A DNA stretch of 64,000 nt from an uncultured Nitrospiraceae bacterium (lineage in GTDB: Bacteria > Nitrospirota > Thermodesulfovibrionia > Thermodesulfovibrionales > Dissulfurispiraceae). Positions 51,107 to 61,370 of this stretch are shown one piece after another; the first letter of the stretch is position 1; the number at the start of each line of letters is the position of its first letter. The notes under the pieces were generated by a model, which saw only the letters and a list, made by a program, of their open reading frames with translations, searched no databases and had not been told where the DNA came from. Location: NCBI GenBank assembly GCA_963727805.1, contig CAVSHF010000003.1, positions 1,152,001 to 1,216,000 on the forward strand, in the 5' to 3' direction. The position numbers were made by a program, and so were the translations under genes.

Positions 51107-51853
51107 TTAATTCTCCATGAGCTGCAGCTCATTAGAGATGATCTCACGTACCTTATTTTTCAGCGAAAATACAGTCAGATCCTTGTACTCCGCCCAGGTT
51201 ATGGCTGGCAATCGGCGCACCCTGATGGTCCCTGGTCTCAGGAGCAGGGAGCCTTTCGGGGGGATATTCTCGTTTCCCGAGATGCAAAGGGGAACAATGG
51301 GGGCTTTTGATTTCAAGGCAAGCCGGAATGCCGAGCCATGGAAATTACCCATTTGTTTTCCTCCCGAGCGTGTCCCCTCAGGGAAAAATATGATAGAGAC
51401 CTTTTCTTTCAGGAGTATGACTGCCTGTTCAAAGAAGAGATCAGGCGGCATATTTTTTATATTTAGGTACCCCGACATCCTAGCATAAAAACCAAGGACA
51501 GGAATACGGAACGGCCATGTATTGACGATCTGAACAGCCTCATGCGGGAGTACGCACATTAGGAAGGCATCGGATGAAGATCGGTGATTACTTACAAAGA
51601 TATAAGGTTCCTCAGTATCCCCCTTTGAGCTGTCCTCATAACGGAGCTTTATAAATGGAAAAGGAATGGACGTCACAAGGATTCCATACCAGCTGATAGC
51701 ACGGCGGAAACGTTTCATTGCGCTGCGATGTGACATAAAGACCGACAGAACAGCAACGAGGACCGTCAAAAGCGGAATGCTTACTGCAGAGAGCAGGAGG
51801 ATAAGCGTATAAATATAGATATTGAGACAATAAAGCTTGAAATTGCTCATCAT
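51107..51853 (-). CDS. PlsC-type lysophospholipid acyltransferase
   Basis: NHRSSSD, FFPEGTRS. Confidence 0.88.
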   Translation of the reverse strand: MMSNFKLYCLNIYIYTLILLLSAVSIPLLTVLVAVLSVFMSHRSAMKRFRRAISWYGILVTSIPFPFIKLRYEDSSKGDTEEPYIFVSNHRSSSDAFLMCVLPHEAVQIVNTWPFRIPVLGFYARMSGYLNIKNMPPDLFFEQAVILLKEKVSIIFFPEGTRSGGKQMGNFHGSAFRLALKSKAPIVPLCISGNENIPPKGSLLLRPGTIRVRRLPAITWAEYKDLTVFSLKNKVREIISNELQLMEN

Positions 51854-51855
51854 TC

Positions 51856-52113
51856 TTACGTCGTCTCTTGCTCTTTTATTGCGAAGATGAATTGATAAAC
51901 ATCCTGAAGTGTCCGGATGTCCCTCACCTTGTCATCATTGCGTATCTTGACCCCGAAGCTCTTTTCAAGGGCAACCACAAGGTCGACGGCATCGAGACTG
52001 TCCAGTCCCAGGTCATTGAAGATATGCGCCTGAGGCTGTAATTTTTCCTTCTCTATCTCAAAAGACTCCTCAAACACTTTATTCGTAATATTGATTATCT
52101 CCTGCTCAGTCAT
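51856..52113 (-). CDS. Acyl carrier protein 1
   Basis: DLGLDSLDAVDL. Confidence 0.9.
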   Translation of the reverse strand: MTEQEIINITNKVFEESFEIEKEKLQPQAHIFNDLGLDSLDAVDLVVALEKSFGVKIRNDDKVRDIRTLQDVYQFIFAIKEQETT

Positions 52114-53369
52114 TTGCTTCCTCCATTGGATTTTCCTGCGCCCTCGGAACGCCTGCATAGTAGTGCGGCATTGATGCCGCCAAATGCAAAACCGTTCTTC
52201 AGGATTGTCGTGATCTTTTTGCCGGTCTTCTCTGTAACATGATTAATCCCCCCGCAATCAGGACTGACAGTATCGAGGTTCCTAGTCGGATAAACGACCG
52301 ATCTCTCCATCATCATCAGGGAGGCGATCAGTTCAATCGCGCCTGAAGCACCCAGGGTATGGCCGATATGTCCCTTAAGGCTGCTTACCGGAACAGAATC
52401 CCCGAACACTTCTCTGATAGCCTCAGCCTCTTCCGTGTCACCCTGAAGCGTTGCCGTTGCATGAGCGTTGATATAATCCACTTCATCCGGCGCAATCCGA
52501 GCATCTTTCATTGCCTCTCTCATGCAGTGGATCATGGAATCCCTGTTGGACTGGCTCACATGAGCACCGTTTCCGCTTGTAGAATAGCCGAGGATTTCAG
52601 CGTAAATCTTTGCATCCCTGCCGACGGCCCGTTCATACTCTTCCAAAACCAATATTCCGCTCCCCTCTCCGCAGACGAGTCCGTCACGTTCTTTGTCAAA
52701 AGGCCTGGGGGTCTTTTGAGGGGTCTGGTTATAATTAGTTGAGGTAGCATAAAGTATATCGAAAGAGCCTGTCACCGTCGGGTGAAGCTCTTCGGCCCCG
52801 CCGCAAAGCATGATCTCCTGCCTCCCCAACCTTATCAGGTCATAGCCGGTACCGATGGCCTGGAGAGAGGATGCGCAGGCTGCAGAGGTAGCCATTATAT
52901 AACCGCTCAATTCGAGATATTGGGCGACATTCACCGCCGCCGTATGAGACATGCACTGGAAAAACATCGAGGAGTTGAGCTGGCTAATGTCCCTGTCGGG
53001 AAGCATTATTTCGAAGGTATCATTGATACTCTTGGCGCTCCCCATGGTTGAGCCGATAACGCATCCGACTTGCCATGTCTGCATTCCGGGCAGCGCAATG
53101 CCCGCGTCAGCAAGTGCCTGCTCTGCAGCTTGGGCGGCGAAGATGCTCATGCGGCCCATAGTGCGCCTCTTTTGTCGCGGTATCTTCTTCTCATCCCGTA
53201 TCTCGGCAGGAGCGCCAACAAGACTGCGCAGACCGATATACCGGTCCCAACCCTCCATATAGCGCACGGCGCTTCGTCCTTCCTCAATCCCCTCCATCAG
53301 TGCATGCACATCGTTTCCAAAAGGAGAGACGGCACCCACCCCTGTGATCACTACTCTTTTCAGCTGCAT
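52110..53369 (-). CDS. Beta-ketoacyl-ACP synthase (FabF/aryl-polyene type)
   Basis: AACASS, RPFDKERDGLV, NAHATAT, KGHIGHTLGA. Confidence 0.93.
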   Translation of the reverse strand: MQLKRVVITGVGAVSPFGNDVHALMEGIEEGRSAVRYMEGWDRYIGLRSLVGAPAEIRDEKKIPRQKRRTMGRMSIFAAQAAEQALADAGIALPGMQTWQVGCVIGSTMGSAKSINDTFEIMLPDRDISQLNSSMFFQCMSHTAAVNVAQYLELSGYIMATSAACASSLQAIGTGYDLIRLGRQEIMLCGGAEELHPTVTGSFDILYATSTNYNQTPQKTPRPFDKERDGLVCGEGSGILVLEEYERAVGRDAKIYAEILGYSTSGNGAHVSQSNRDSMIHCMREAMKDARIAPDEVDYINAHATATLQGDTEEAEAIREVFGDSVPVSSLKGHIGHTLGASGAIELIASLMMMERSVVYPTRNLDTVSPDCGGINHVTEKTGKKITTILKNGFAFGGINAALLCRRSEGAGKSNGGSK

Positions 53370-54871
53370 AAATACCTGCGCAGAAATGAGTTGTATTGTT
53401 CCTCTTTTATAAGAGACCTCCCGACAATAAACGAAGACATCATTGCGCCAATTATCCCTGGCAACAGAGAACTTTGGCCCGCTGCGTAAAGGTTCCGCAG
53501 TGGAAGCTTTCCGAAGAGATTGTATTGTCCCATCTTCTGCTTTATTCCGTAGGCAGCCCCGTCATAATTGTTCAGATAATCCCTGAACGTCAGTATTGAT
53601 GCAGAATCATAGGCTTTCAGGCGTCCTCGGTATTGCGGAAAGACAGTAAAAATCCGCTCCATGGTACGCTCAACCTTTCTCTTTTTATAATCGTAGTATG
53701 CCTGTGGTCTTTTCCCGACCGTCAGGCCTTTCCATGCCGCAACATGCTCTGGAGCGGAGGGCTCGCAGGTATTAATGACCTTGTGAATCTTCTCACCCTC
53801 TTGCTCCACCGATTTGATGAGTACCAGTGCCGAATCACCTTCGCTTGCAGCATCAAGGAGCTCATTGATGTCATGATTAGGGAGGAGCGTAATGATAGAC
53901 GCATCGAAATCGGGATCATCATCTCCCGGAGCAAGAGCTGAAAAAACGGAAAAAAATCCGGAGGACGGCTCGAATGATGCAACCCTGTTCATAAAGGCCT
54001 TGCTCAAATGTTTCTCAGGCAGGATCTTTACTATCTCTTTGGGATGTATCGTGAGAATACAATTGTCAGCCGATACTTCCTCGCCGGTATTCAGAATGAA
54101 ACGTCCGACCCTGTTGTTGGAGATATCGGCCATTTCCGCGATGTGCGTCCCGCAACGAATTTCGATATCGTGGTCCACAAATCGTGATTTAAAGGCCTTT
54201 ATGAATGCTCCGCCGCCGCCCTTGACCCGCGCGACCGATTCGTACAAGCCAATGCATATCCTGCTGTGATTGGCAAACGAAACCTCTTGAGGTTTTACCC
54301 CATAGCACATCGCGAAACCGCAGAGCAAAGCCTTTAGCATAGAGTTCCTTGTCAACCCGTTCAACACATCTTCAAGTGAAACGTAGTCCTCATCCAAAGA
54401 CGTATGCAAGGCGTCAAGTGTGCGTAAATTCATCGAGGGGGTCCGATCACAGACGCTTTGGACTTTATCGAAGTATCTGTCGACAGCCTCGGCCTCTTTC
54501 GGGAAATATCCCTTGAATTTATTTTTCATTCTTTCAATCCCATAAGGGATTTCATAGAGCTTGCCTTCAGACTCAAGGATAAACTGGTTGGCGCTGTCTT
54601 CGGTCAGGAAGATCGGCTGTATTAAATCACGGATACCCAGAACAACAAGGATTTCATCGAGTATCCCCCCTTTTTGGAGTCCCCCAGTGAAATGGAAGCC
54701 GGTATCGAATGGTATCCCTCCCCTGCAAAACCGCGACATCGACCCGCCGATAGCTGGACTCTTTTCCAGAAGTAAAACCTTTCTCCCGTTCAGGGCGAGA
54801 ATAAGGCTCATCGTTAGTCCGCTGATGCCACTCCCGACCACAATATCATCATATTTTTTTATGTTCGACAT
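53360..54871 (-). CDS. Phytoene desaturase-family FAD oxidoreductase
   Basis: VVGSGISGL, FDTGFHF, GAAYG, LYAAGQS...PGIIGA. Confidence 0.85.
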   Translation of the reverse strand: MSNIKKYDDIVVGSGISGLTMSLILALNGRKVLLLEKSPAIGGSMSRFCRGGIPFDTGFHFTGGLQKGGILDEILVVLGIRDLIQPIFLTEDSANQFILESEGKLYEIPYGIERMKNKFKGYFPKEAEAVDRYFDKVQSVCDRTPSMNLRTLDALHTSLDEDYVSLEDVLNGLTRNSMLKALLCGFAMCYGVKPQEVSFANHSRICIGLYESVARVKGGGGAFIKAFKSRFVDHDIEIRCGTHIAEMADISNNRVGRFILNTGEEVSADNCILTIHPKEIVKILPEKHLSKAFMNRVASFEPSSGFFSVFSALAPGDDDPDFDASIITLLPNHDINELLDAASEGDSALVLIKSVEQEGEKIHKVINTCEPSAPEHVAAWKGLTVGKRPQAYYDYKKRKVERTMERIFTVFPQYRGRLKAYDSASILTFRDYLNNYDGAAYGIKQKMGQYNLFGKLPLRNLYAAGQSSLLPGIIGAMMSSFIVGRSLIKEEQYNSFLRRYLCS

Positions 54872-54881
54872 AGAGCCACCA

Positions 54882-55610
54882 CTACATCGATATCCCGCCG
54901 TTGACACCGATGACCTGTCCATGAATATACATATTCTCTTCAGTGCACAGGAAATTGACTACTGAAGCAACATCCTCAGGTCGGCCGAAGCGGTTAACGG
55001 GGATTAATGTAAGAATCTGCTCTTTGGCAAGATTTTCTGTCATATCTGTTTCAATAAAGCCAGGGGCAACCACGTTGACATACACTTTCTTTTTTCCCAC
55101 CTCACGAGCCAGGGCCTTTGCTGCGCCAATCAGGCCGGCTTTAGAAGCAGAATAATTGACTTGACCCGCCTGGCCGATTTGGCCTGCAGTAGAGGAGATC
55201 ACTACAACTCGCCCTCTCTTTTCCTTCAGCATCGAAAACAGCACTGTACGGGTCACATTAAAAAACCCGTCCAGATTTGTAGAAAGAACGGTATCCCATT
55301 CCTCTTTTTTCATCCAAAGTAAAAGGTTATCCTTGGTAATCCCTGCGTTGTACACCAGGACATGCGGAGCATTCTCCTCAACTCTGGCGCTCAGGGCGAC
55401 TACCGTCTCCTCATAGCTGGAGACATCAAACGGGATTAATTCACAGGTCATTCCTGTTTTTTCTATCTCCGCTCTGACCTGGTGAGCGGCGTCATGATTG
55501 CTCTTATACGTGAGCCAGATAGAAAATCCGGACTGCGCCAATCGCAAAGCAATAGCACGTCCTATCCCTCGGCTGCCGCCAATTATTAACGCAATATTAT
55601 TATGATTCAT
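54882..55610 (-). CDS. fabG: 3-oxoacyl-ACP reductase
   Basis: GGSRGIG, NAGITKD, YSASK, VAPGFIETDM. Confidence 0.92.
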   Translation of the reverse strand: MNHNNIALIIGGSRGIGRAIALRLAQSGFSIWLTYKSNHDAAHQVRAEIEKTGMTCELIPFDVSSYEETVVALSARVEENAPHVLVYNAGITKDNLLLWMKKEEWDTVLSTNLDGFFNVTRTVLFSMLKEKRGRVVVISSTAGQIGQAGQVNYSASKAGLIGAAKALAREVGKKKVYVNVVAPGFIETDMTENLAKEQILTLIPVNRFGRPEDVASVVNFLCTEENMYIHGQVIGVNGGISM

Positions 55611-55776
55611 AAGTGCATTTTTCAAACCTGTAGTCTACATATTTTCAGTTTTCTTTTCAAATAATCGAGGCCCGTATGACTATGTTTTCAACATTATTAT
55701 GATAAACTTATACAAATACAATCAAGTTTGGATTATAATTGTTAACTTAAGAACTTTCACCGATGCATAAATAACA

Positions 55777-57231
55777 TTGACAGAAAAAAAGAAAATATTA
55801 CTGGTCCATCCACTGGGAGAGAACTGGATGCCTGGCGAGCAAGATATGTCGCGCATTACCAATATCATGCCGCCCCAGGGTCTACTTTCCTTGGCGGCCT
55901 GGGTAGAAAAACACGGGCATCAGACGGCAATTCATGACTGCTATGCATTTCCTGGACTGGACAATGGAATTTATAGTTATTTAAAAGAACAACGCCCTGA
56001 TTTTGTTGGGTTCTCCACAACAACTTCCAGCTTTTTGGACGGCATACGTCTGGCAGAGCAGGCAAAAAAAATATTACACTCCGTAAAGGTTGTCTTTGGT
56101 GGAGTCCATATGTCGGCACTGCGGGATCAGCTTCTGCGTGATTTCCCGATTATAGATTACGGAGTAGTCGGCGAGGGCGAAGAGACGCTATTGGAACTAA
56201 TGGAATCGGATGGCAATGGACTGCGTGACATTGAAGGGCTCGTCTTCCGTGAAAAAGATGATATCATTTTCAACGGCTTCAGAAAAAAGCTGCTCGAAAT
56301 GGATTCACTGCCGTTTCCCTCTTATGAGAAATTACACGGATTCCCTGACAGTTATCAATTACCCATTTTCAGCTATCCCAAAGCGCCCAATACCACGGTC
56401 ATCACAAGCCGCGGTTGTCCGTATACCTGCTCGTACTGTGATCGTTCAGTCTTCCGCCGCACCTATCGTTATAATTCACCTGAGTATATGGTGGAATATA
56501 TGTTCCACCTGCAGAGCCGTTTCAATATCAGACATGTCATTATCTATGACGATACATTCACTCTTAAGCGCCAGAGGGTGATCGACTTCTGCGAGCTCAA
56601 GATTAAATCAGGCCTTAAGATGACATTCAATTGTGCCGCCCGTACCGAGCAGCTTGATTTCGAGATGCTCAAACTCTTAAAAAAAGCCGGCTGCTGGATG
56701 ATCAGTCTCGGCATCGAGACGGGTGATCCCGAGCTGCTGAAAAAACATCGGTCCTATTTACCCAATAATAAAATGGACAATCCGCTCGAAAATATCCGCG
56801 ATATGGTCCATCTTATCAGAAAAGCGGGTATCCGCGTTAAAGGGCTTTTTATGCTTGGCCTGCCCGGTGAAACAGAACAGAGCATCAGCAATAGCATGAA
56901 TTATGTGTTCACTCTTCCGCTCGATGAGTTCAATCTGACCAAGCTTACTCCCTTCCCCGGCGCACCTATATACAACGGGATTCGCGAGCAGGGCAGTTTT
57001 GAAGAGAACTGGGAGTTGATGAACGCCCTCAATTTTATCTTTGTTCCCAAAGGATTCACAAAAGAGCGGCTGGAAGAATGCCACCGAGAATTCTATCGCC
57101 GTTATTTTTCGAGAACTAAGATCCTGCTGAAATATGTAACAATGATCTGGAAATCGCCCCACAGCTGGCAGCGTTTTATAAAGAATTTACCGACTTTTTT
57201 ACGTTTCAGAAGAGGATATACAAAGAAGTAG
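55777..57231 (+). CDS. B12-binding radical SAM protein (divergent from the cluster)
   Basis: PPQGL, GGVH, GEGE, SRGCPYTCSYC, GLPGET. Confidence 0.9.
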   Translation: MTEKKKILLVHPLGENWMPGEQDMSRITNIMPPQGLLSLAAWVEKHGHQTAIHDCYAFPGLDNGIYSYLKEQRPDFVGFSTTTSSFLDGIRLAEQAKKILHSVKVVFGGVHMSALRDQLLRDFPIIDYGVVGEGEETLLELMESDGNGLRDIEGLVFREKDDIIFNGFRKKLLEMDSLPFPSYEKLHGFPDSYQLPIFSYPKAPNTTVITSRGCPYTCSYCDRSVFRRTYRYNSPEYMVEYMFHLQSRFNIRHVIIYDDTFTLKRQRVIDFCELKIKSGLKMTFNCAARTEQLDFEMLKLLKKAGCWMISLGIETGDPELLKKHRSYLPNNKMDNPLENIRDMVHLIRKAGIRVKGLFMLGLPGETEQSISNSMNYVFTLPLDEFNLTKLTPFPGAPIYNGIREQGSFEENWELMNALNFIFVPKGFTKERLEECHREFYRRYFSRTKILLKYVTMIWKSPHSWQRFIKNLPTFLRFRRGYTKK

Positions 57232-57521
57232 TGGCTCAAGAGAATTCATGAGAATAGATCTGTGCTTAATCCGGAGATATCCTGATAACTGCATGCATTC
57301 CCCGCTCATTTCCCGCCAGTCGATCCGATTCATTCCTTCCGCCTGTTCCGGCGCAAAAGTGCCACTGTTGGCAGGGGAGAGTTGCGTCTCGGATTGAAAT
57401 ATGCACCGACCTATACTTCCTGAAATCCCCGCAGGAGGGCAGCATGAAAATGCTGATAGTTGTAACCGGCAATGCGCAGGGATTGAAGCAAGTGTCCACC
57501 TACTCATCCACAGGTACCCTC

Positions 57522-58112
57522 CTATTTCTTGATTGCAGCGTTGAATTCCTGATTGTTCAGAAGGGTTTTGACTGCATCAAGAAAGGCGTAACTTAAGCTC
57601 TCCTGATAATTTTCAAGCTTATAGGAACGGCCAAAGCGCTGTGCTTGGGCAGAAATTACTCCCTGCCAGAGGACCTTTCCTTTTGGGTCGGATGCCGATA
57701 CCCGCAGGGTCACAATAGCGTTGTAGAGGTTACTTTCAGTAACATAAAAATTGATGAGTTCAGCCTTAATGATGACCGTTGCATCGTTTTCCACCACAGA
57801 CATCCCATATTGCCTTAAGATATCTTTCATCCTGTCGGTGCACCAGGCTGCCACATTATCCTTTGTGGTAACAGTGCGAACCTCTGCTTTTTCGATATTT
57901 TTTCCTATTTCCTGTTTGTTGGGACGTGAGTCGCCAAAGGGCGCCAGCTTTATCTTGTGTGTCAGCAGACCAGTGAGCGTTGTTGAATCAGAAAAAAGTG
58001 CATTATTGTCCGCTTTCCATACAAGGGGGACATCAGTGAGGTCTGCTGATGCCATTCCACATGACAATGCCGTAATAATGATACACCCCAGAAGCAGCTT
58101 GATCGTTCTCAT
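57522..58112 (-). CDS. Secreted hypothetical protein
   Basis: GGAGG RBS, signal peptide. Confidence 0.65.
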   Translation of the reverse strand: MRTIKLLLGCIIITALSCGMASADLTDVPLVWKADNNALFSDSTTLTGLLTHKIKLAPFGDSRPNKQEIGKNIEKAEVRTVTTKDNVAAWCTDRMKDILRQYGMSVVENDATVIIKAELINFYVTESNLYNAIVTLRVSASDPKGKVLWQGVISAQAQRFGRSYKLENYQESLSYAFLDAVKTLLNNQEFNAAIKK

Positions 58113-58533
58113 TCAGGCACCTCCCGAATTCGCTATTATAGTCGTTAAGTAAAGTTCCAATATAACATTCTGTTTTATTCACATTCTATCGGCCTGCATC
58201 CGCGTAATCAAGCAATGATTCGCGTTAATTCGCCTTTAAAGGGTCGTGTAATTCCGCATAATAGTACTCTGGAGCGTGTTAAACCGGCTACGTATAAAAA
58301 TGCAATAACCAATCTTCACGCTTTAAGGCTTATTGCGGATTTCAAATACAAATATTTGTAATTTTACAGACTCCCGAATGTGCATGTTGTCCCTTGTATA
58401 GTAACAACATGCCCGCGGATTACCAATGATCTTCTCAGGGCCACCCGAAAAACTTGACAATGTCTTTTTTTATTGTATAAATAAATATAGATTCTATTAT
58501 ATGGATGATATTACGGATCGCAATATGGAGACC

Positions 58534-59520
58534 ATGATGCATCGGCAACACAGATCAACCCTGATTGACTTAATCAACCCAAATCAAATAAGTCCGCAAA
58601 GAATGCAGCCTGATCGAGTCAAACATTTTCTTAGGCAGGGATTACTCGCAGTACTTCTCGGCGTTGCGTGTGCAGTACCGGTCATGGCCGCACCGATCCA
58701 GTTACCAGCGATTGTTGAGCCAGCCAGCCAAGAACATCACGTTGGCAAAATTATATTTGTTGAATTGGTAACGCCGGACCTCGCTGCAGCCAAACTGTTC
58801 TATGCGGGACTGTTTGGCTGGACATTTCACGACATTCAGGCCGGTGGGACAGAGTACGCTGAGGCATTTCTCGACGGTCGTCCGGTCGCAGGACTGATTC
58901 ACAAGAAAGTCCCGGCGAACGAGCACCGACAGCCAGCGTGGCTGAGCTTCTTCGCCGTGCGCGATGTCGATGCAGTCAAGAAGGTTGCTTTGCAAAATGC
59001 CGCTAAGATGCTGTTCGAACCGCATAGCATCCCTGACCGCGGCCGGGAAGCAGTCTTCTCGGATCCACAGGGAGCCGTTTTTGCGGTCCTCGCATCCAGT
59101 AGCGGTGATCCGTCTGATGTTCTGGCAGCACCCGGAGAATGGATTTGGAGCTCGTTAATCACGAGCGATCCGGAGACCGCTGCTGCTTTCTACCAGAAGC
59201 TATTCGACTATGACGTCTTCGAGTTACCCGCGAGTGAGGGCGCCGAACATCTCTTGCTTGCATGCGACAACTATGCTCGTGCGAGCGTGAATACGCTGCG
59301 TGCGAAGGGGCCCAAAGCTCATCCCCACTGGCTCAACTACATACGCGTCGAAGATGCGGTCAAGATGACAGCAAAAGTCGTGGCGCTCGGTGGCCGCGTG
59401 CTGGTTGAGCCGCGAATTGATCGCCATGGCGGAAAGGTCGCGGTGGTCGCCGACCCGTTGGGGGCACCCTTTGGATTGCTTGAATGGACGGACACTGACA
59501 GTAAAGAGGTGCCCAAGTGA
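58534..59520 (+). CDS. Two-domain VOC/glyoxalase family protein with signal-like segment
   Basis: FY..LFGW, W.SFFAV.DVD, DPQGA.F and DPLGA.F; start uncertain. Confidence 0.8.
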   Translation: MMHRQHRSTLIDLINPNQISPQRMQPDRVKHFLRQGLLAVLLGVACAVPVMAAPIQLPAIVEPASQEHHVGKIIFVELVTPDLAAAKLFYAGLFGWTFHDIQAGGTEYAEAFLDGRPVAGLIHKKVPANEHRQPAWLSFFAVRDVDAVKKVALQNAAKMLFEPHSIPDRGREAVFSDPQGAVFAVLASSSGDPSDVLAAPGEWIWSSLITSDPETAAAFYQKLFDYDVFELPASEGAEHLLLACDNYARASVNTLRAKGPKAHPHWLNYIRVEDAVKMTAKVVALGGRVLVEPRIDRHGGKVAVVADPLGAPFGLLEWTDTDSKEVPK

Positions 59521-59852
59521 ATATCTCACTCTTACGCGGATTAGCGCTTGCCTTCGTGGTCTGTACGGCGACGGTTCTGTTGTTCGGCTGTATTGGGGTA
59601 AATGGTGGCGGATACTACGACGACGGATTTATTGGACCGGGCTACTATGAACCCTCCGGTGTCGTCTACGGTGGCTGGGAATCTGGCTACCATGTGGCGC
59701 CGTATCGCGGCGGTGACCATCGTCCAAGCAGTGGAGTTGGCCACGCATCTGCGCGAGCTTACAGATCAGCGCCTGCTTCCCACTCGGTGCCGTCTATTCC
59801 GTCGCAGTCGCGTTCTGGTGGCTCGCATTCTGGTGGCTCGCGATCACGTTGA
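59517..59852 (+). CDS. Small Gly/Ser-rich putative lipoprotein
   Basis: Lipobox LFGC; 4-bp overlap with the upstream gene. Confidence 0.55.
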   Translation: MNISLLRGLALAFVVCTATVLLFGCIGVNGGGYYDDGFIGPGYYEPSGVVYGGWESGYHVAPYRGGDHRPSSGVGHASARAYRSAPASHSVPSIPSQSRSGGSHSGGSRSR

Positions 59853-60263
59853 GTGCGGCCAGACAAATCTTGAATTTCCTTCAGGGAAGCTCTTGAATCA
59901 TCGGAATCACTTATGATTCAAAATTGGCGGCCCGATTAGACTGCCAGTTGCCGACTAGATCGGGTATATCTTGCACGCTCATATTTTAGACGTTACGACT
60001 GGAATTAAACACTTTCCCGGCATACCTTAAAACGTTTAGTAGAGACACACCGCACAAAAAGAGACTGTTAATTACGGGGCAAACTATGCAATAGCCTTTG
60101 AAGTTTTCGGATGGCAGGATCCCGTCGGAATAGGCTGCAAATTATCCGGAACTGGTAGCAGAATTGCGGCGGATTCAGTGGATGGATTCACCAGAATACG
60201 TAAACTGTCGTTTATTCGTTTACGAAGAAAGAACTTTTTACCTCATTGACAGTTGGGGGAATA

Positions 60264-60833
60264 CTATTTGATGTACTTCTTCATCTCTCCAGGATAGATT
60301 TTACGTTCATCGGCAGGAGTTTCCTGCTCTGCCGATTTCCATTTGCCCTGCTGCGGCTCAGAGCCTTCTTTTGTCACATCGGCCGGTGATGCATCGGAGA
60401 TTATTGGATTTCTCCGGATATCGATATTTTCCACGCTGCAGCTGAATTCAAGGGATATGCCGTTCGGGTCGAAGGTGAAGATGGAATGGATGAAACTATT
60501 ATCGATTAACTCCGAAACCCAGATATCGTTCGCCTCCAGCTTTTGTTTCAACTTCCAGAGAGTATCATCGTTTTCGACACCAAGCGCCACATGATCAAAA
60601 GCGAATGGCCCCTCGCTAACTCTGCCTGCATCTTTCTCCTCGATCGGTTCAACATTAGGCCACTCAAAAAAAGCGATGAGGTCGTCCGCAGATACTTCAA
60701 AGAAATATTGCCGGTATCCCGGCTTACCCATCGCCGCAACAAGCCGCATGCCCAGTAAGTCCCGCCAAAAGCGTACTGTCTTGTTGATATCCCCCGTTGC
60801 CAAGGCAAGATGATTGATGCCGCGGTATTTCAT
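60264..60833 (-). CDS. VOC family protein
   Basis: GINHLAL, DHVAL, SIFTFDPNGISLEF. Confidence 0.88.
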   Translation of the reverse strand: MKYRGINHLALATGDINKTVRFWRDLLGMRLVAAMGKPGYRQYFFEVSADDLIAFFEWPNVEPIEEKDAGRVSEGPFAFDHVALGVENDDTLWKLKQKLEANDIWVSELIDNSFIHSIFTFDPNGISLEFSCSVENIDIRRNPIISDASPADVTKEGSEPQQGKWKSAEQETPADERKIYPGEMKKYIK

Positions 60834-60845
60834 TGTCCCTCCCTG

Positions 60846-61282
60846 TTAATAGCCGGGGCCAGTCATTCTCATCCTATTTAGTTTCATTAGATCGATCAAG
60901 CTCTTCACTAATTGTCCATGACCTTCATGAATGAATATCCCCACTTGTGCAATCAAGGCAAAGGCAACCGCAAACAGGGCGAGAGCATACCCGGCAACTG
61001 CGAATTGACCAATGCTGATAAAGCCAATTCCAAACTGAGAAATAGTAAGGATCCCGCACGCAAACTGACCGATTGCAATGACGCCTTTGACCACGACCGG
61101 CACTCGTTCGAGCGATATTTAAACGAGATATGGACGAGGAGTAAACTCAAAATGTTTTTTTGTGTTTTATATTCGAATCCCCTTCCATCCCATTTGTCCT
61201 GGGCGGGATATGGTGCCCCACAACGGGGACAGGTGAAGGCTTGCTCTGAAATGTCGCTTTTACGTTCTCTGCATGGATACAC
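60846..61282 (-). pseudogene. Frameshifted zinc-ribbon membrane protein
   Basis: PCRER...CPRCGAP in one frame continues as VPVVVKGVIAIGQF in another near 61105. Confidence 0.6.
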
Positions 61283-61370
61283 GGTTGCTCCTTTCAATCC
61301 GAGAGCAGCAATGCACTTCTCGCCATTTCCACGAAGGTCAACCGTATAATTGCGTCCACTCTCCACAATC

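Noticed and set aside
57240..57500. Possible cobalamin riboswitch near the B12-radical SAM gene (gccactg...gggga)
   Set aside because: Lies downstream of convergent genes and lacks the B12 box
59860..60260. Possible gene or transposon remnant in the intergenic stretch
   Set aside because: No recognisable translated motif or repeat
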